NCBI GenBank assembly: GCA_030390025.1
Contig: CM059432.1
Coordinates: 29,328,001 to 29,392,000 of the forward strand
Source: Squalus acanthias
Lineage: Eukaryota
DNA length: 64,000 nucleotides
Direction of reading: 5' to 3'
Made by a program: the position numbers and the translations under genes
Shown: positions 25,940-40,000 of the stretch, one piece after another
How the letters are laid out: the number at the start of each line of letters is the position of its first letter
Numbering within the stretch: position 1 is the first letter of the stretch
The notes under the pieces: generated by a model
The model's database searches: none
What the model was told of the DNA's origin: nothing
Seen by the model: only the letters and a program-made list of their open reading frames with translations

Positions 25940-26381
25940 ACAGACAAAATGGCGTCACTCCAGTTTTTTCCACGTGCGCCTCGGAATTGTTGTAATCGAT
26001 CGTGATTTTTTTCTCAGAAACTGTAATTAAGTTTGGAACTCTACATGTTTAAGAGTTGGTTTTGATTATTTTGGTTTGGTGTTGTTGAATATGGTTGTTT
26101 GGTTGTATTTTTTTGGTTTTCTTTTTCCTTGAATAAAAAAAATATGCATATGCAGGTGGTGCGAGAGGCATCGGCCTGGTTACACCTGGAAGGAAATACA
26201 CGCGGTGTAAGTTGAAGGCAAATGCTGCCTACGGTGTTATAAGGATGTCATTTTCCTGGGAAATAAGGACGACACGGAGACCCTAGATAGTTTTAAGTTA
26301 TGGGAATTTTTGGATATAGAGAATCGAGATAATATTGCTCACCACAATGTTTCTGATACGATAAGCGGAGTTATTCGCATC

Positions 26382-26393
26382 AACAGGAGGGAC
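26382..26393 (+). promoter_or_regulatory. Polypurine tract
   Basis: AACAGGAGGGAC immediately before the TG of the 3' LTR. Confidence 0.75.
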
Positions 26394-28024
26394 TGTAGAA
26401 TTCGCAAAATTATCGCGATTTTATAAAAATAAGAAGGAGACATAAAGTTTCGTATAAACAGCTTTATTTCAGCAGAATGCTGTCAGGTTTCAAAACGGAC
26501 ACAAACAGCCTGTAAAATGGCCGCCACGCCTCGTGGCAGAAAGTTCTAGACTTTCAGTAGGCAGACAAGATGGCGTTTCAATAAACATTTCAGCAAGATC
26601 GGACAGGACTCAGCACATTTGAGATAATGACAAGACATGATGGGTTTGCATTTTAAACATAAATACTGGAATCGGCCTTCCAGGTGCAAACAAGGGCTAT
26701 TGTACTGAGCGATCAAGGACCCATCCAAAGACATTAATATGCAAAATCCCCACGGCTCTACGATGAGAGAGCCATTCGCAGGTACTCACAGCAAGCATTT
26801 GGAAGCTCCAAAACCCCTCCAGGGAGACTACTAGCCGGTTCCACAATGGGAGAAATATTAACGGGTACTCAGACAGTTACAAGTGTCACCGAAACCCATT
26901 AAAGACTGAGATCACCCCATACAAGAAGTTTTGAGCGCCAAAACCTGACAAAAGATAGACATTAAGATTGGGCGGGAAAATAGGAATTACAGCACTATAA
27001 CTGTAAAGTACAACCGTCCATCTCTCTCTTGCTGGTCTGACTTGCTGGAAGGCTGCTGAACTCTTATTCTTTTGCCTGACGACTCTGGACTCTGATCCGC
27101 TAGGATCAACCTCGTGGCTTGCCGCGAAGATCTGTGGAGAACTGGGCTGTGAGGCCTGGAGGCGGGCGCACCATCCCGAGGAGTCGGTAAACGGTGTTGG
27201 AACCGAAGGCCCGAGAGGAGATGAGATGAGATGAGATGAGATGAGAAGAAGACTACACGTGTCGCCGCAGTTAGTAAGCCCCGACCGCGCCTAAAAATAT
27301 AAGGACCATTTTCGAATTCTATCGGCTACTCCACAACTGGCCCGAGAAGACTATTCTTCGAGTTCTACCGACAACTGGTGTAGGACACAGGAAGACTCTT
27401 TTTTTGAGTAGTATCAGAACTCCGAGGGCAACACAGATCTTCATGACAGCAGACGGTCCAGCCTGCTAGCCGGAGCAGAAGCGAGTAAACAAGTGGGGTA
27501 CAGAGACCCCTGATCAACACGTGGATAGTCAGGTGCTGCGGTAAAAACATCCGAGCAGAGTTTCGGAATTCTCCGAGTTATCACGAGTGGTGAGCATGAG
27601 TCTCGATCCTACAAATCTAGATTAGGACAGGTATTGATAGGGGAGGGTTTTATGTTTTAAGGATAATTATAATGTGTGCCCCCTTTTACGATGTGTCGTG
27701 CGCTCCTCGTTTCCCTAAACCTAGTTGCATAAATGTATGTAAGTTTGTACTGTCATTAATCTGTGCTTATGACATGTATTTCGTAATCTTGAATAATATG
27801 CAATAAAGATTTTCCATTTCGCACTATTCAACTGGGTCTATCTGAGTTTTCTCTGCATTATTGCTCTCGCACCTAAGTCCAGTGTCAGAACCGTAAGGGC
27901 GAGTGGGTCGAACCACTCACAGGTGTCTAGTGTTACCAGGCTGGCTGGAGACCAGAACAGGCAACAAGGCCTAACCCCGCACTAACACTCAGGCTAAGCA
28001 CAGAGCCACACGTCACCCCTTACA
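26394..28024 (+). repeat. 3' LTR (1631 bp)
   Basis: Differs from the 5' LTR by roughly 20 substitutions (counted by eye), two fewer GAGAT units and one fewer T. AATAAA at 27802-27807. Confidence 0.96.
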
Positions 28025-31000
28025 ATCAATGTTCAAAATATCATCTCACAACGTTCACAATATCATCAATGTTCAAAATATCATCTGTCAGTGTTCAAAA
28101 TATCTCTCAATGTAGAAAATATCATCAATATTCAACATATCATCTCTCAATGTTCAAAACTTCAATGTTCAAAATTTCATCGCTCAATTTTCAAAATATC
28201 ATCTCTCAATGTTCAAAATATTATCACTCAATGTTCAAAATATCATCTTTAAATGGTCAAAATATCATCTCTTAATGTTCACAATATAATTTCTCAATAT
28301 TGATAATATCATAACTCAATGTTCAAAATATCAGCAAAGTTCAAAATATCATCTCTAAATGTTCAAAATATCATCTCTCAATGTTCAAAATATCATCACT
28401 CAATGTTCAAAATATCATCTCTCAATTTTCAAAATATCATCTCTCAATGTTCAAAATATTATTACTCAATTTTCAAAATATCATCTTTAAATGGTCAAAA
28501 TATCATCTCTTAATGTACACAATATCATCTCTCAATTTTGAGAACATCATCTCTCAATGTTCAAAATATCATCTCTCAATATATAAAATATCATTTCTCA
28601 ATGTTAAAAATATCATCAATGTTCAAAATATCATCTCTCAATGTTCAAAATAGCATCTCTCAATGTTCAAAATATCATCTCTCAATGTTCAAAAAATCAT
28701 CTCTCAAAGTTCAAAATATCATCTCTCAATGTTCAAAATATCATCTCTCAATTTTCAAAATATCATCTCTCAATGTTCAAAATATTATTACTCAATTTTC
28801 AAAATATCATCTTTAAATGGTCAAAATATCATCTCTTAATGTACACAATATCATTTCTCAATGTTGAAAATATCATCTCTCAATGTTCAAAATATCATCT
28901 CTCCATGTTCAAAATATCATCACTCAATGTTCAAAAAATCATCTCTCAATGTTCAAAATATCATCACTCAATGTTCAAAATATCATCACTCAATTGTTCA
29001 AAATATCATCTCTCAATATTCATAATATCGTCACTCAATGTTCAAAATATCATCTCTCAATGTTTAAAATATCATCAATGTTAAAAATATCATCACTCTG
29101 TTCAAAATATCGTCTCTCAATGTTCAAAATATCATCTCTCAACGTTGAAAACATCATCTCTCAATGTTCAAAATATCATCTCTCAATGTATAAAATATCA
29201 TCTCTCAATGTTAAAAATATCATCAATGTTCCAAATATCATCTCTCAATGTTTAAAATATCATCAATGTTCAAAATATCATCTCTCAATATTCAAAATAT
29301 CATCTCTCATTGTTCAAAATATCCTCAATGTTGTAAATATCATCAATGTTCATATTAGCCTCAAATTTCAAAATATCATCTCTCAATGTTCAAAATATCA
29401 TCAATGTTAAAAATATCATCACTCTGTTCAAAATATCATCACTCAATGTTCAAAATATCATCTCTCAATGTTCAAAATATCATCAATGTTAAAAATATCA
29501 TCACTCTGTTCAAAATATCATCTCTCAATGTTCAAAATATCATCTCTCAATGTTCAAAACATCATCTCTCAAAGTTCAAAATATCATCTCTCAATGTTCA
29601 AAATATCATCTCTCAATGTTAAAAATATCATCAATGTTCCAAATATCATCTCTCAATGTCCAAAATATCATCTCTTAATGTTGACAATATCATTTCTCAA
29701 TATTGATAATATCATATCTCAATGTTCAAAATATCAGCAATGTTCAAAATATCATCTCTCAATGTTCAAAATATCATCTCTCAATGTTCAAAATATCATC
29801 TCTCAATGTTCAAAATATTCTTACTCAATTTTCAATATATCATCTTTAAATGGTCAAAATATCATCTCTTAATGTACACAATATCATTTCTCAATGTTGA
29901 AAATATCATCTCTCAATGTTCAAAATATCATCACTCAATGTTCAAAATATCATCTCTCAATGTTCAAAATATCATCTCTCCATGTTCAAAATATCATCAC
30001 TCAATGTTCAAAAAATCATCTCTCAATGTTCAAAATATCATCACTCAATTGTTCAAAATATCATCTCTCAATTTTCATAATATCGTCACTCAATGTTCAA
30101 AATATCATCTCTCAATGTTCAAAATATCATCAATGTTAAAAATATCATCACTCTGTTCAAAATATCATCTCTCAATGTTCAAAATATCATCTCTCAATGT
30201 TGAGATCATCATCTCTCAATGTTCAAAATATCATCTCTCAATGTTAAAAATATCATCAATGTTCAAAATATCATCTCTCAATGTTCAAAATAGCATCTCT
30301 TACTGTTCACAATATCATTTCTCAATGTTAAAAATATCATCAATGCTCAAAATATCATCTCTCAATGTTTAAAATATCATCAATGTTCAAAATATCTTCT
30401 CTCAATATTCAAAATATCATCTCTCATTGTTCAAAATATCATCTCTCAATGGTGAAAACATCATCTCTCAATGTTCAAAACATCATCTCTCAAAGTTGAA
30501 AATATCATCTCTCAATGTACAAAATATCATCTCTCAATGTTAAAAATATCATCAATATTCCAAATATCATCTCTCAATGGTCAAAATATTATCAATGTTC
30601 AAAATATCATCAATGTTCAAAATATCATCTTTCAATGTTCACAATATCATTTCTCAATGTTGAAAATATCATCTCCCAATGTTCAAAATATCATCTCTCC
30701 ATGTTCAAAATATCATCACTCAATGTTCAAAAAATCATCTCTCAATGTTCAAAATATCATCACTCAATGTTCAAAATATCATCACTCAATTGTTCAAAAT
30801 ATCATCTCTCAATGTTCATAATATCGTCACTCAATGTTCAAAATATCATCTCTCAATGTTCAAAATATCATCTCTCAATGTTGAGATCATCATCTCTCAA
30901 TGTTCAAAATATCATCTCTCAATGTTAAAAATATCATCAATGTTCAAAATATCATCTCTCAATGTTCAAAATAGCATCTCTTACTGTTCACAATATCATT

Positions 31001-34000
31001 TCTCAATGTTAAAAATATCATCAATGCTCAAAATATCATCTCTCAATGTTTAAAATATCATCAATGTTCAAAATATCTTCTCTCAATATTCAAAATATCA
31101 TCTCTCATTGTTCAAAATATCATCTCTCAATGGTGAAAACATCATCTCTCAATGTTCAAAACATCATCTCTCAAAGTTGAAAATATCATCTCTCAATGTA
31201 CAAAATATCATCTCTCAATGTTAAAAATATCATCAATATTCCAAATATCATCTCTCAATGGTCAAAATATTATCAATGTTCAAAATATCATCAATGTTCA
31301 AAATATCATCTTTCAATGTTCACAATATCATCTCTCAATGTTCAAAATATTATTACTCAATTTTCAAAATATCATCTTTAAATGGTCAAAATATCATCTC
31401 TTAATGTACACAATATCATTTCTCAATGTTGAAAATATCATCTCTCAATGTTCAAAATATCATCTCTCCATGTTCAAAATATCATCACTCAATGTTCAAA
31501 AAATCATCTCTCAATGTTCAAAATATCATCACTCAATGTTCAAAATATCATCACTCAATTGTTCAAAATATCATCTCTCAATGTTCATAATATCGTCACT
31601 CAATGTTCAAAATATCATCTCTCAATGTTTAAAATGTCATCAATGTTAAAAATATCATCACTCTGTTCAAAATATCGTCTCTCAATGTTCAAAATATCAT
31701 CTCTCAATTTTGAGAACATCATCTCTCAATGTTCAAAATATCATCTCTCAATATATAAAATATCATTTCTCAATGTTAAAAATATCATCAATGTTCAAAA
31801 TATCATCTCTCAATGTTCAAAATAGCATCTCTCAATGTTCAAAATATTATTACTCAATTTTCAAAATATCATCTTTAAATGGTCAAAATATCATCTCTTA
31901 ATGTACACAATATCATTTCTCAATGTTGAAAATATCATCTCTCAATGTTCAAAATATCATCTCTCTATGTTCAAAATATCATCACTCAATGTTCAAAAAA
32001 TCATCTCTCAATGTTCAAAATATCATCACTCAATGTTCAAAATATCATCACTCAATTGTTCAAAATATCATCTCTCAATATTCATAATATCGTCACTCAA
32101 TGTTCAAAATATCATCTCTCAATGTTTAAAATATCATCAATGTTAAAAATATCATCACTCTGTTCAAAATATCGTCTCTCAATGTTCAAAATATCATCTC
32201 TCAATGTTGAAAACATCATCTCTCAATGTTCAAAATATCATCTCTCAATGTATAAAATATCATCTCTCAATGTTAAAAATATCATCAATGTTCCAAATAT
32301 CATCTCTCAATGTTTAAAATATCATCAATGTTCAAAATATCATCTCTCAATATTCAAAATATCATCTCTCATTGTTCAAAATATCCTCAATGTTGTAAAT
32401 ATCATCAATGTTCATATTAGCCTCAAATTTCAAAATATCATCTCTCAATGTTCAAAATATCATCAATGTTAAAAATATCATCACTCTGTTCAAAATATCA
32501 TCACTCAATGTTCAAAATATCATCTCTCAATGTTCAAAATATCATCAATGTTAAAAATATCATCACTCTGTTCAAAATATCATCTCTCAATGTTCAAAAT
32601 ATCATCTCTCAATGTTCAAAACATCATCTCTCAAAGTTCAAAATATCATCTCTCAATGTTCAAAATATCATCTCTCAATGTTAAAAATATCATCAATGTT
32701 CCAAATATCATCTCTCAATGTCCAAAATATCATCTCTTAATGTTGACAATATCATTTCTCAATATTGATAATATCATATCTCAATGTGCAAAATATCAGC
32801 AATGTTCAAAATATCATCTCTCAATGTTCAAAATATCATCTCTCAATGTTCAAAATATCATCTCTCAATTTTCAAAATATCATCTCTCAATGTTCAAAAT
32901 ATTCTTACTCAATTTTCAATATATCATCTTTAAATGGTCAAAATATCATCTCTTAATGTACACAATATCATTTCTCAATGTTGAAAATATCATCTCTCAA
33001 TGTTCAAAATATCATCTCTCCATGTTCAAAATATCATCTCTCAATGTTCAAAATAGCATCTCTTACTGTTCACAATATCATTTCTCAATGTTAAAAATAT
33101 CATCAATGCTCAAAATATCATCTCTCAATGTTTAAAATATCATCAATGTTCAAAATATCTTCTCTCAATATTCAAAATATCATCTCTCATTGTTCAAAAT
33201 ATCATCTCTCAATGGTGAAAACATCATCTCTCAATGTTCAAAACATCATCTCTCAAAGTTGAAAATATCATCTCTCAATGTACAAAATATCATCTCTCAA
33301 TGTTAAAAATATCATCAATATTCCAAATATCATCTCTCAATGGTCAAAATATTATCAATGTTCAAAATATCATCAATGTTCAAAATATCATCTTTCAATG
33401 TTCACAATATCATCTCTCAATGTTCAAAATATTATTACTCAATTTTCAAAATATCATCTTTAAATGGTCAAAATATCATCTCTTAATGTACACAATATCA
33501 TTTCTCAATGTTGAAAATATCATCTCTCAATGTTCAAAATATCATCTCTCCATGTTCAAAATATCATCACTCAATGTTCAAAAAATCATCTCTCAATGTT
33601 CAAAATATCATCACTCAATGTTCAAAATATCATCACTCAATTGTTCAAAATATCATCTCTCAATGTTCATAATATCGTCACTCAATGTTCAAAATATCAT
33701 CTCTCAATGTTTAAAATGTCATCAATGTTAAAAATATCATCACTCTGTTCAAAATATCGTCTCTCAATGTTCAAAATATCATCTCTCAATTTTGAGAACA
33801 TCATCTCTCAATGTTCAAAATATCATCTCTCAATATATAAAATATCATTTCTCAATGTTAAAAATATCATCAATGTTCAAAATATCATCTCTCAATGTTC
33901 AAAATAGCATCTCTCAATGTTCAAAATATTATTACTCAATTTTCAAAATATCATCTTTAAATGGTCAAAATATCATCTCTTAATGTACACAATATCATTT

Positions 34001-37000
34001 CTCAATGTTGAAAATATCATCTCTCAATGTTCAAAATATCATCTCTCTATGTTCAAAATATCATCACTCAATGTTCAAAATATCATCACTCAATTGTTCA
34101 AAATATCATCTCTCAATATTCATAATATCGTCACTCAATGTTCAAAATATCATCTCTCAATGTTTAAAATATCATCAATGTTAAAAATATCATCACTCTG
34201 TTCAAAATATCGTCTCTCAATGTTCAAAATATCATCTCTCAATGTTGAAAACATCATCTCTCAATGTTCAAAATATCATCTCTCAATGTATAAAATATCA
34301 TCTCTCAATGTTAAAAATATCATCAATGTTCCAAATATCATCTCTCAATGTTTAAAATATCATCAATGTTCAAAATATCATCTCTCAATATTCAAAATAT
34401 CATCTCTCATTGTTCAAAATATCCTCAATGTTGTAAATATCATCAATGTTCATATTAGCCTCAAATTTCAAAATATCATCTCTCAATGTTCAAAATATCA
34501 TCAATGTTAAAAATATCATCACTCTGTTCAAAATATCATCACTCAATGTTCAAAATATCATCTCTCAATGTTCAAAATATCATCAATGTTAAAAATATCA
34601 TCACTCTGTTCAAAATATCATCTCTCAATGTTCAAAATATCATCTCTCAATGTTCAAAACATCATCTCTCAAAGTTCAAAATATCATCTCTCAATGTTCA
34701 AAATATCATCTCTCAATGTTAAAAATATCATCAATGTTCCAAATATCATCTCTCAATGTCCAAAATATCATCTCTTAATGTTGACAATATCATTTCTCAA
34801 TATTGATAATATCATATCTCAATGTGCAAAATATCAGCAATGTTCAAAATATCATCTCTCAATGTTCAAAATATCATCTCTCAATGTTCAAAATATCATC
34901 TCTCAATTTTCAAAATATCATCTCTCAATGTTCAAAATATTCTTACTCAATTTTCAATATATCATCTTTAAATGGTCAAAATATCATCTCTTAATGTACA
35001 CAATATCATTTCTCAATGTTGAAAATATCATCTCTCAATGTTCAAAATATTATTACTCAATTTTCAAAATATCATCTTTAAATGGTCAAAATATCATCTC
35101 TTAATGTACACAATATCATTTCTCAATGTTGAAAATATCATCTCTCAATGTTCAAAATATCATCTCTCCATGTTCAAAATATCATCTCTCAATGTTCAAA
35201 ATATCATCACTCAATGTTCAAAATATCATCTCTCAATGTTCAAAATATCATCTCTCCATGTTCAAAATATCATCACTCAATGTTCAAAAAATCATCTCTC
35301 AATGCTCAAAATATCATCACTCAATTGTTCAAAATATCATCTCTCAATTTTCATAATATCGTCACTCAATGTTCAAAATATCATCTCTCAATGTTCAAAA
35401 TATCATCAATGTTAAAAATATCATCACTCTGTTCAAAATATCATCTCTCAATGTTCAAAATATCATCTCTCAATGTTGAGATCATCATCTCTCAATGTTC
35501 AAAATATCATCTCTCAATGTTAAAAATATCATCAATGTTCAAAATATCATCTCTCAATGTTCAAAACAGCATCTCTTACTGTTCACAATATCATTTCTCA
35601 ATGTTAAAAATATCATCAATGCTCAAAATATCATCTCTCAATGTTTAAAATATCATCAATGTTCAAAATATCTTCTCTCAATATTCAAAATATCATCTCT
35701 CATTGTTCAAAATATCATCTCTCAATGGTGAAAACATCATCTCTCAATGTTCAAAACATCATCTCTCAAAGTTGAAAATATCATCTCTCAATGTACAAAA
35801 TATCATCTCTCAATGTTAAAAATATCATCAATATTCCAAATATCATCTCTCAATGGTCAAAATATTATCAATGTTCAAAATATCATCAATGTTCAAAATA
35901 TCATCTTTCAATGTTCACAATATCATCTCACAATGTTCAAAATATCATCAATGTTCAAAATATCATCACTCTGTTCACAATATCATCTCTCAATGTTCAA
36001 AATGTCATCTCTCAATGTTCAAAATATCATCTTTAAATGCTCAAAATATCATCTCTTAATGTTCACAAAATCATTTCTCAATGTTGAAAATATCATCTCT
36101 CAATGTTCAAAAGATCATCTCTCAAAGATTAAAATAGCACCTCTCAATGTTCAAAATATTATCAATGTTCAAATTATCATCTCGCAATGTTCAAAATATC
36201 ATCAATGTTCAAAATATCATCAATGTTCAAAATATCATCGCGCAATGTTCAAAATATTATCTCTCAATGTTCAAAATATCATCTCGCAATGTTCAAAATA
36301 TCATCTCTCAATGTTCAAAATATCATCTCTCAAAGATTAAAATATCATCCAAGTTCAAAATATAATCTCGCAATGCTTAAAATATCATCAATGTTCAAAA
36401 TATCATCACTCAATGTTCAAAATATCATCTCTCAATGTTCAAAATATTCTTACTCAATTTTCAATATATCATCTCTCAATGGTCAAAATATTATCAATGT
36501 TCAAAATATCATCAATGTTCAAAATATCATCTTTCAATGTTCACAATATCATCTCTCAATGTTCAAAATATTATTACTCAATTTTCAAAATATCATCTTT
36601 AAATGGTCAAAATATCATCTCTTAATGTACACAATATCATTTCTCAATGTTGAAAATATCATCTCTCAATGTTCAAAATATCATCTCTCCATGTTCAAAA
36701 TATCATCACTCAATGTTCAAAAAATCATCTCTCAATGTTCAAAATATCATCACTCAATGTTCAAAATATCATCACTCAATTGTTCAAAATATCATCTCTC
36801 AATGTTCATAATATCGTCACTCAATGTTCAAAATATCATCTCTCAATGTTTAAAATGTCATCAATGTTAAAAATATCATCACTCTGTTCAAAATATCGTC
36901 TCTCAATGTTCAAAATATCATCTCTCAATTTTGAGAACATCATCTCTCAATGTTCAAAATATCATCTCTCAATATATAAAATATCATTTCTCAATGTTAA

Positions 37001-40000
37001 AAATATCATCAATGTTCAAAATATCATCTCTCAATGTTCAAAATAGCATCTCTCAATGTTCAAAATATTATTACTCAATTTTCAAAATATCATCTTTAAA
37101 TGGTCAAAATATCATCTCTTAATGTACACAATATCATTTCTCAATGTTGAAAATATCATCTCTCAATGTTCAAAATATCATCTCTCCATGTTCAAAATAT
37201 CATCACTCAATGTTCAAAAAATCATCTCTCAATGTTCAAAATATCATCACTCAATGTTCAAAATATCATCACTCAATTGTTCAAAATATCATCTCTCAAT
37301 ATTCATAATATCGTCACTCAATGTTCAAAATATCATCTCTCAATGTTTAAAATATCATCAATGTTAAAAATATCATCACTCTGTTCAAAATATCGTCTCT
37401 CAATGTTCAAAATATCATCTCTCAATGTTGAAAACATCATCTCTCAATGTTCAAAATATCATCTCTCAATGTATAAAATATCATCTCTCAATGTTAAAAA
37501 TATCATCAATGTTCCAAATATCATCTCTCAATGTTTAAAATATCATCAATGTTCAAAATATCATCTCTCAATATTCAAAATATCATCTCTCATTGTTCAA
37601 AATATCCTCAATGTTGTAAATATCATCAATGTTCATATTAGCCTCAAATTTCAAAATATCATCTCTCAATGTTCAAAATATCATCAATGTTAAAAATATC
37701 ATCACTCTGTTCAAAATATCATCACTCAATGTTCAAAATATCATCTCTCAATGTTCAAAATATCATCAATGTTAAAAATATCATCACTCTGTTCAAAATA
37801 TCATCTCTCAATGTTCAAAATATCATCTCTCAATGTTCAAAACATCATCTCTCAAAGTTCAAAATATCATCTCTCAATGTTCAAAATATCATCTCTCAAT
37901 GTTAAAAATATCATCAATGTTCCAAATATCATCTCTCAATGTCCAAAATATCATCTCTTAATGTTGACAATATCATTTCTCAATATTGATAATATCATAT
38001 CTCAATGTTCAAAATATCAGCAATGTTCAAAATATCATCTCTCAATGTTCAAAATATCATCTCTCAATGTTCAAAATATCATCTCTCAATTTTCAAAATA
38101 TCATCTCTCAATGTTCAAAATATTCTTACTCAATTTTCAATATATCATCTTTAAATGGTCAAAATATCATCTCTTAATGTACACAATATCATTTCTCAAT
38201 GTTGAAAATATCATCTCTCAATGTTCAAAATATCATCTCTCCATGTTCAAAATATCATCTCTCAATGTTCAAAATATCATCACTCAATGTTCAAAATATC
38301 ATCTCTCAATGTTCAAAATATCATCTCTCCATGTTCAAAATATCATCACTCAATGTTCAAAAAATCATCTCTCAATGCTCAAAATATCATCACTCAATTG
38401 TTCAAAATATCATCTCTCAATTTTCATAATATCGTCACTCAATGTTCAAAATATCATCTCTCAATGTTCAAAATATCATCAATGTTAAAAATATCATCAC
38501 TCTGTTCAAAATATCATCTCTCAATGTTCAAAATATCATCTCTCAATGTTGAGATCATCATCTCTCAATGTTCAAAATATCATCTCTCAATGTTAAAAAT
38601 ATCATCAATGTTCAAAATATCATCTCTCAATGTTCAAAACAGCATCTCTTACTGTTCACAATATCATTTCTCAATGTTAAAAATATCATCAATGCTCAAA
38701 ATATCATCTCTCAATGTTTAAAATATCATCAATGTTCAAAATATCTTCTCTCAATATTCAAAATATCATCTCTCATTGTTCAAAATATCCTCTCTCAATG
38801 GTGAAAACATCATCTCTCAATGTTCAAAACATCATCTCTCAAAGTTGAAAATATCATCTCTCAATGTACAAAATATCATCTCTCAATGTTATAAATATCA
38901 TCAATATTCCAAATATCATCTCTCAATGGTCAAAATATTATCAATGTTCAAAATATCATCAATGTTCAAAATATCATCTTTCAATGTTCACAATATCATC
39001 TCACAATGTTCAAAATATCATCAATGTTCAAAATATCATCACTCTGTTCACAATATCATCTCTCAATGTTCAAAATGTCATCTCTCAATGTTCAAAATAT
39101 CATCTTTAAATGCTCAAAATATCATCTCTTAATGTTCACAAAATCATTTCTCAATGTTGAAAATATCATCTCTCAATGTTCAAAAGATCATCTCTCAAAG
39201 ATTAAAATAGCACCTCTCAATGTTCAAAATATTATCAATGTTCAAATTATCATCTCGCAATGTTCAAAATATCATCAATGTTCAAAATATCATCAATGTT
39301 CAAAATATCATCGCGCAATGTTCAAAATATTATCTCTCAATGTTCAAAATATCATCTCGCAATGTTCAAAATATCATCTCTCAATGTTCAAAATATGATC
39401 ACTCAATGTTCAAAATATCATCCAAGTTCAAAATATAATCTCGCAATGCTTAAAATATCATCAATGTTCAAAATATCATCACTCAATGTTCAAAATATCA
39501 TCTCTCAATGTTTAAAATATCATCTCTCAATGTTCAAAATATCATCACTCAATGTTTAAAATATCATCTCTCAATTTTCAAAATATCGTCTCTCAATGTT
39601 CAAAATATTACTCAATGTTCAAAATATCATCTTTAAATGGTCAAAATATCATCTCTTAATGTACACAATATCATTTCTCAATGTTGAAAATATCATCGCT
39701 CAATGTTCAAAATATCATCTCTCCATGTTCAAAATACCATCAATCAATGTTCAAAAAATCATCTCTCAATGTTCAAAATATCATCACTCAATGTTCAAAA
39801 TATCATCACTCATTTGTTCAAAATAGCATCTCTCAATGTTCATAATATCGTCACTCAATGTTCAAAATATCATCTCTCAATGTTCAAAATATCATCACTC
39901 TGTTCAAAATATCATCTCTCAATGTTCAAAATATCATCTCTCAATGTTGAAAACATCATCTCTCAATGTTCAAAATATCATCAATGTTCCAAATATCATC

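Larger units (their letters stand above)
18747..28024 (+). mobile_element. Full-length non-autonomous LTR retroelement / endogenous retrovirus-like provirus (LTR-PBS-gag-extension-env-PPT-LTR, no pol)
   Basis: Two 1.6-kb direct repeats with TGTA...TACA ends, PBS, PPT, gag with CCHC knuckle, and env with signal peptide, furin site and TM helix. ATC on both flanks. Confidence 0.95.
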
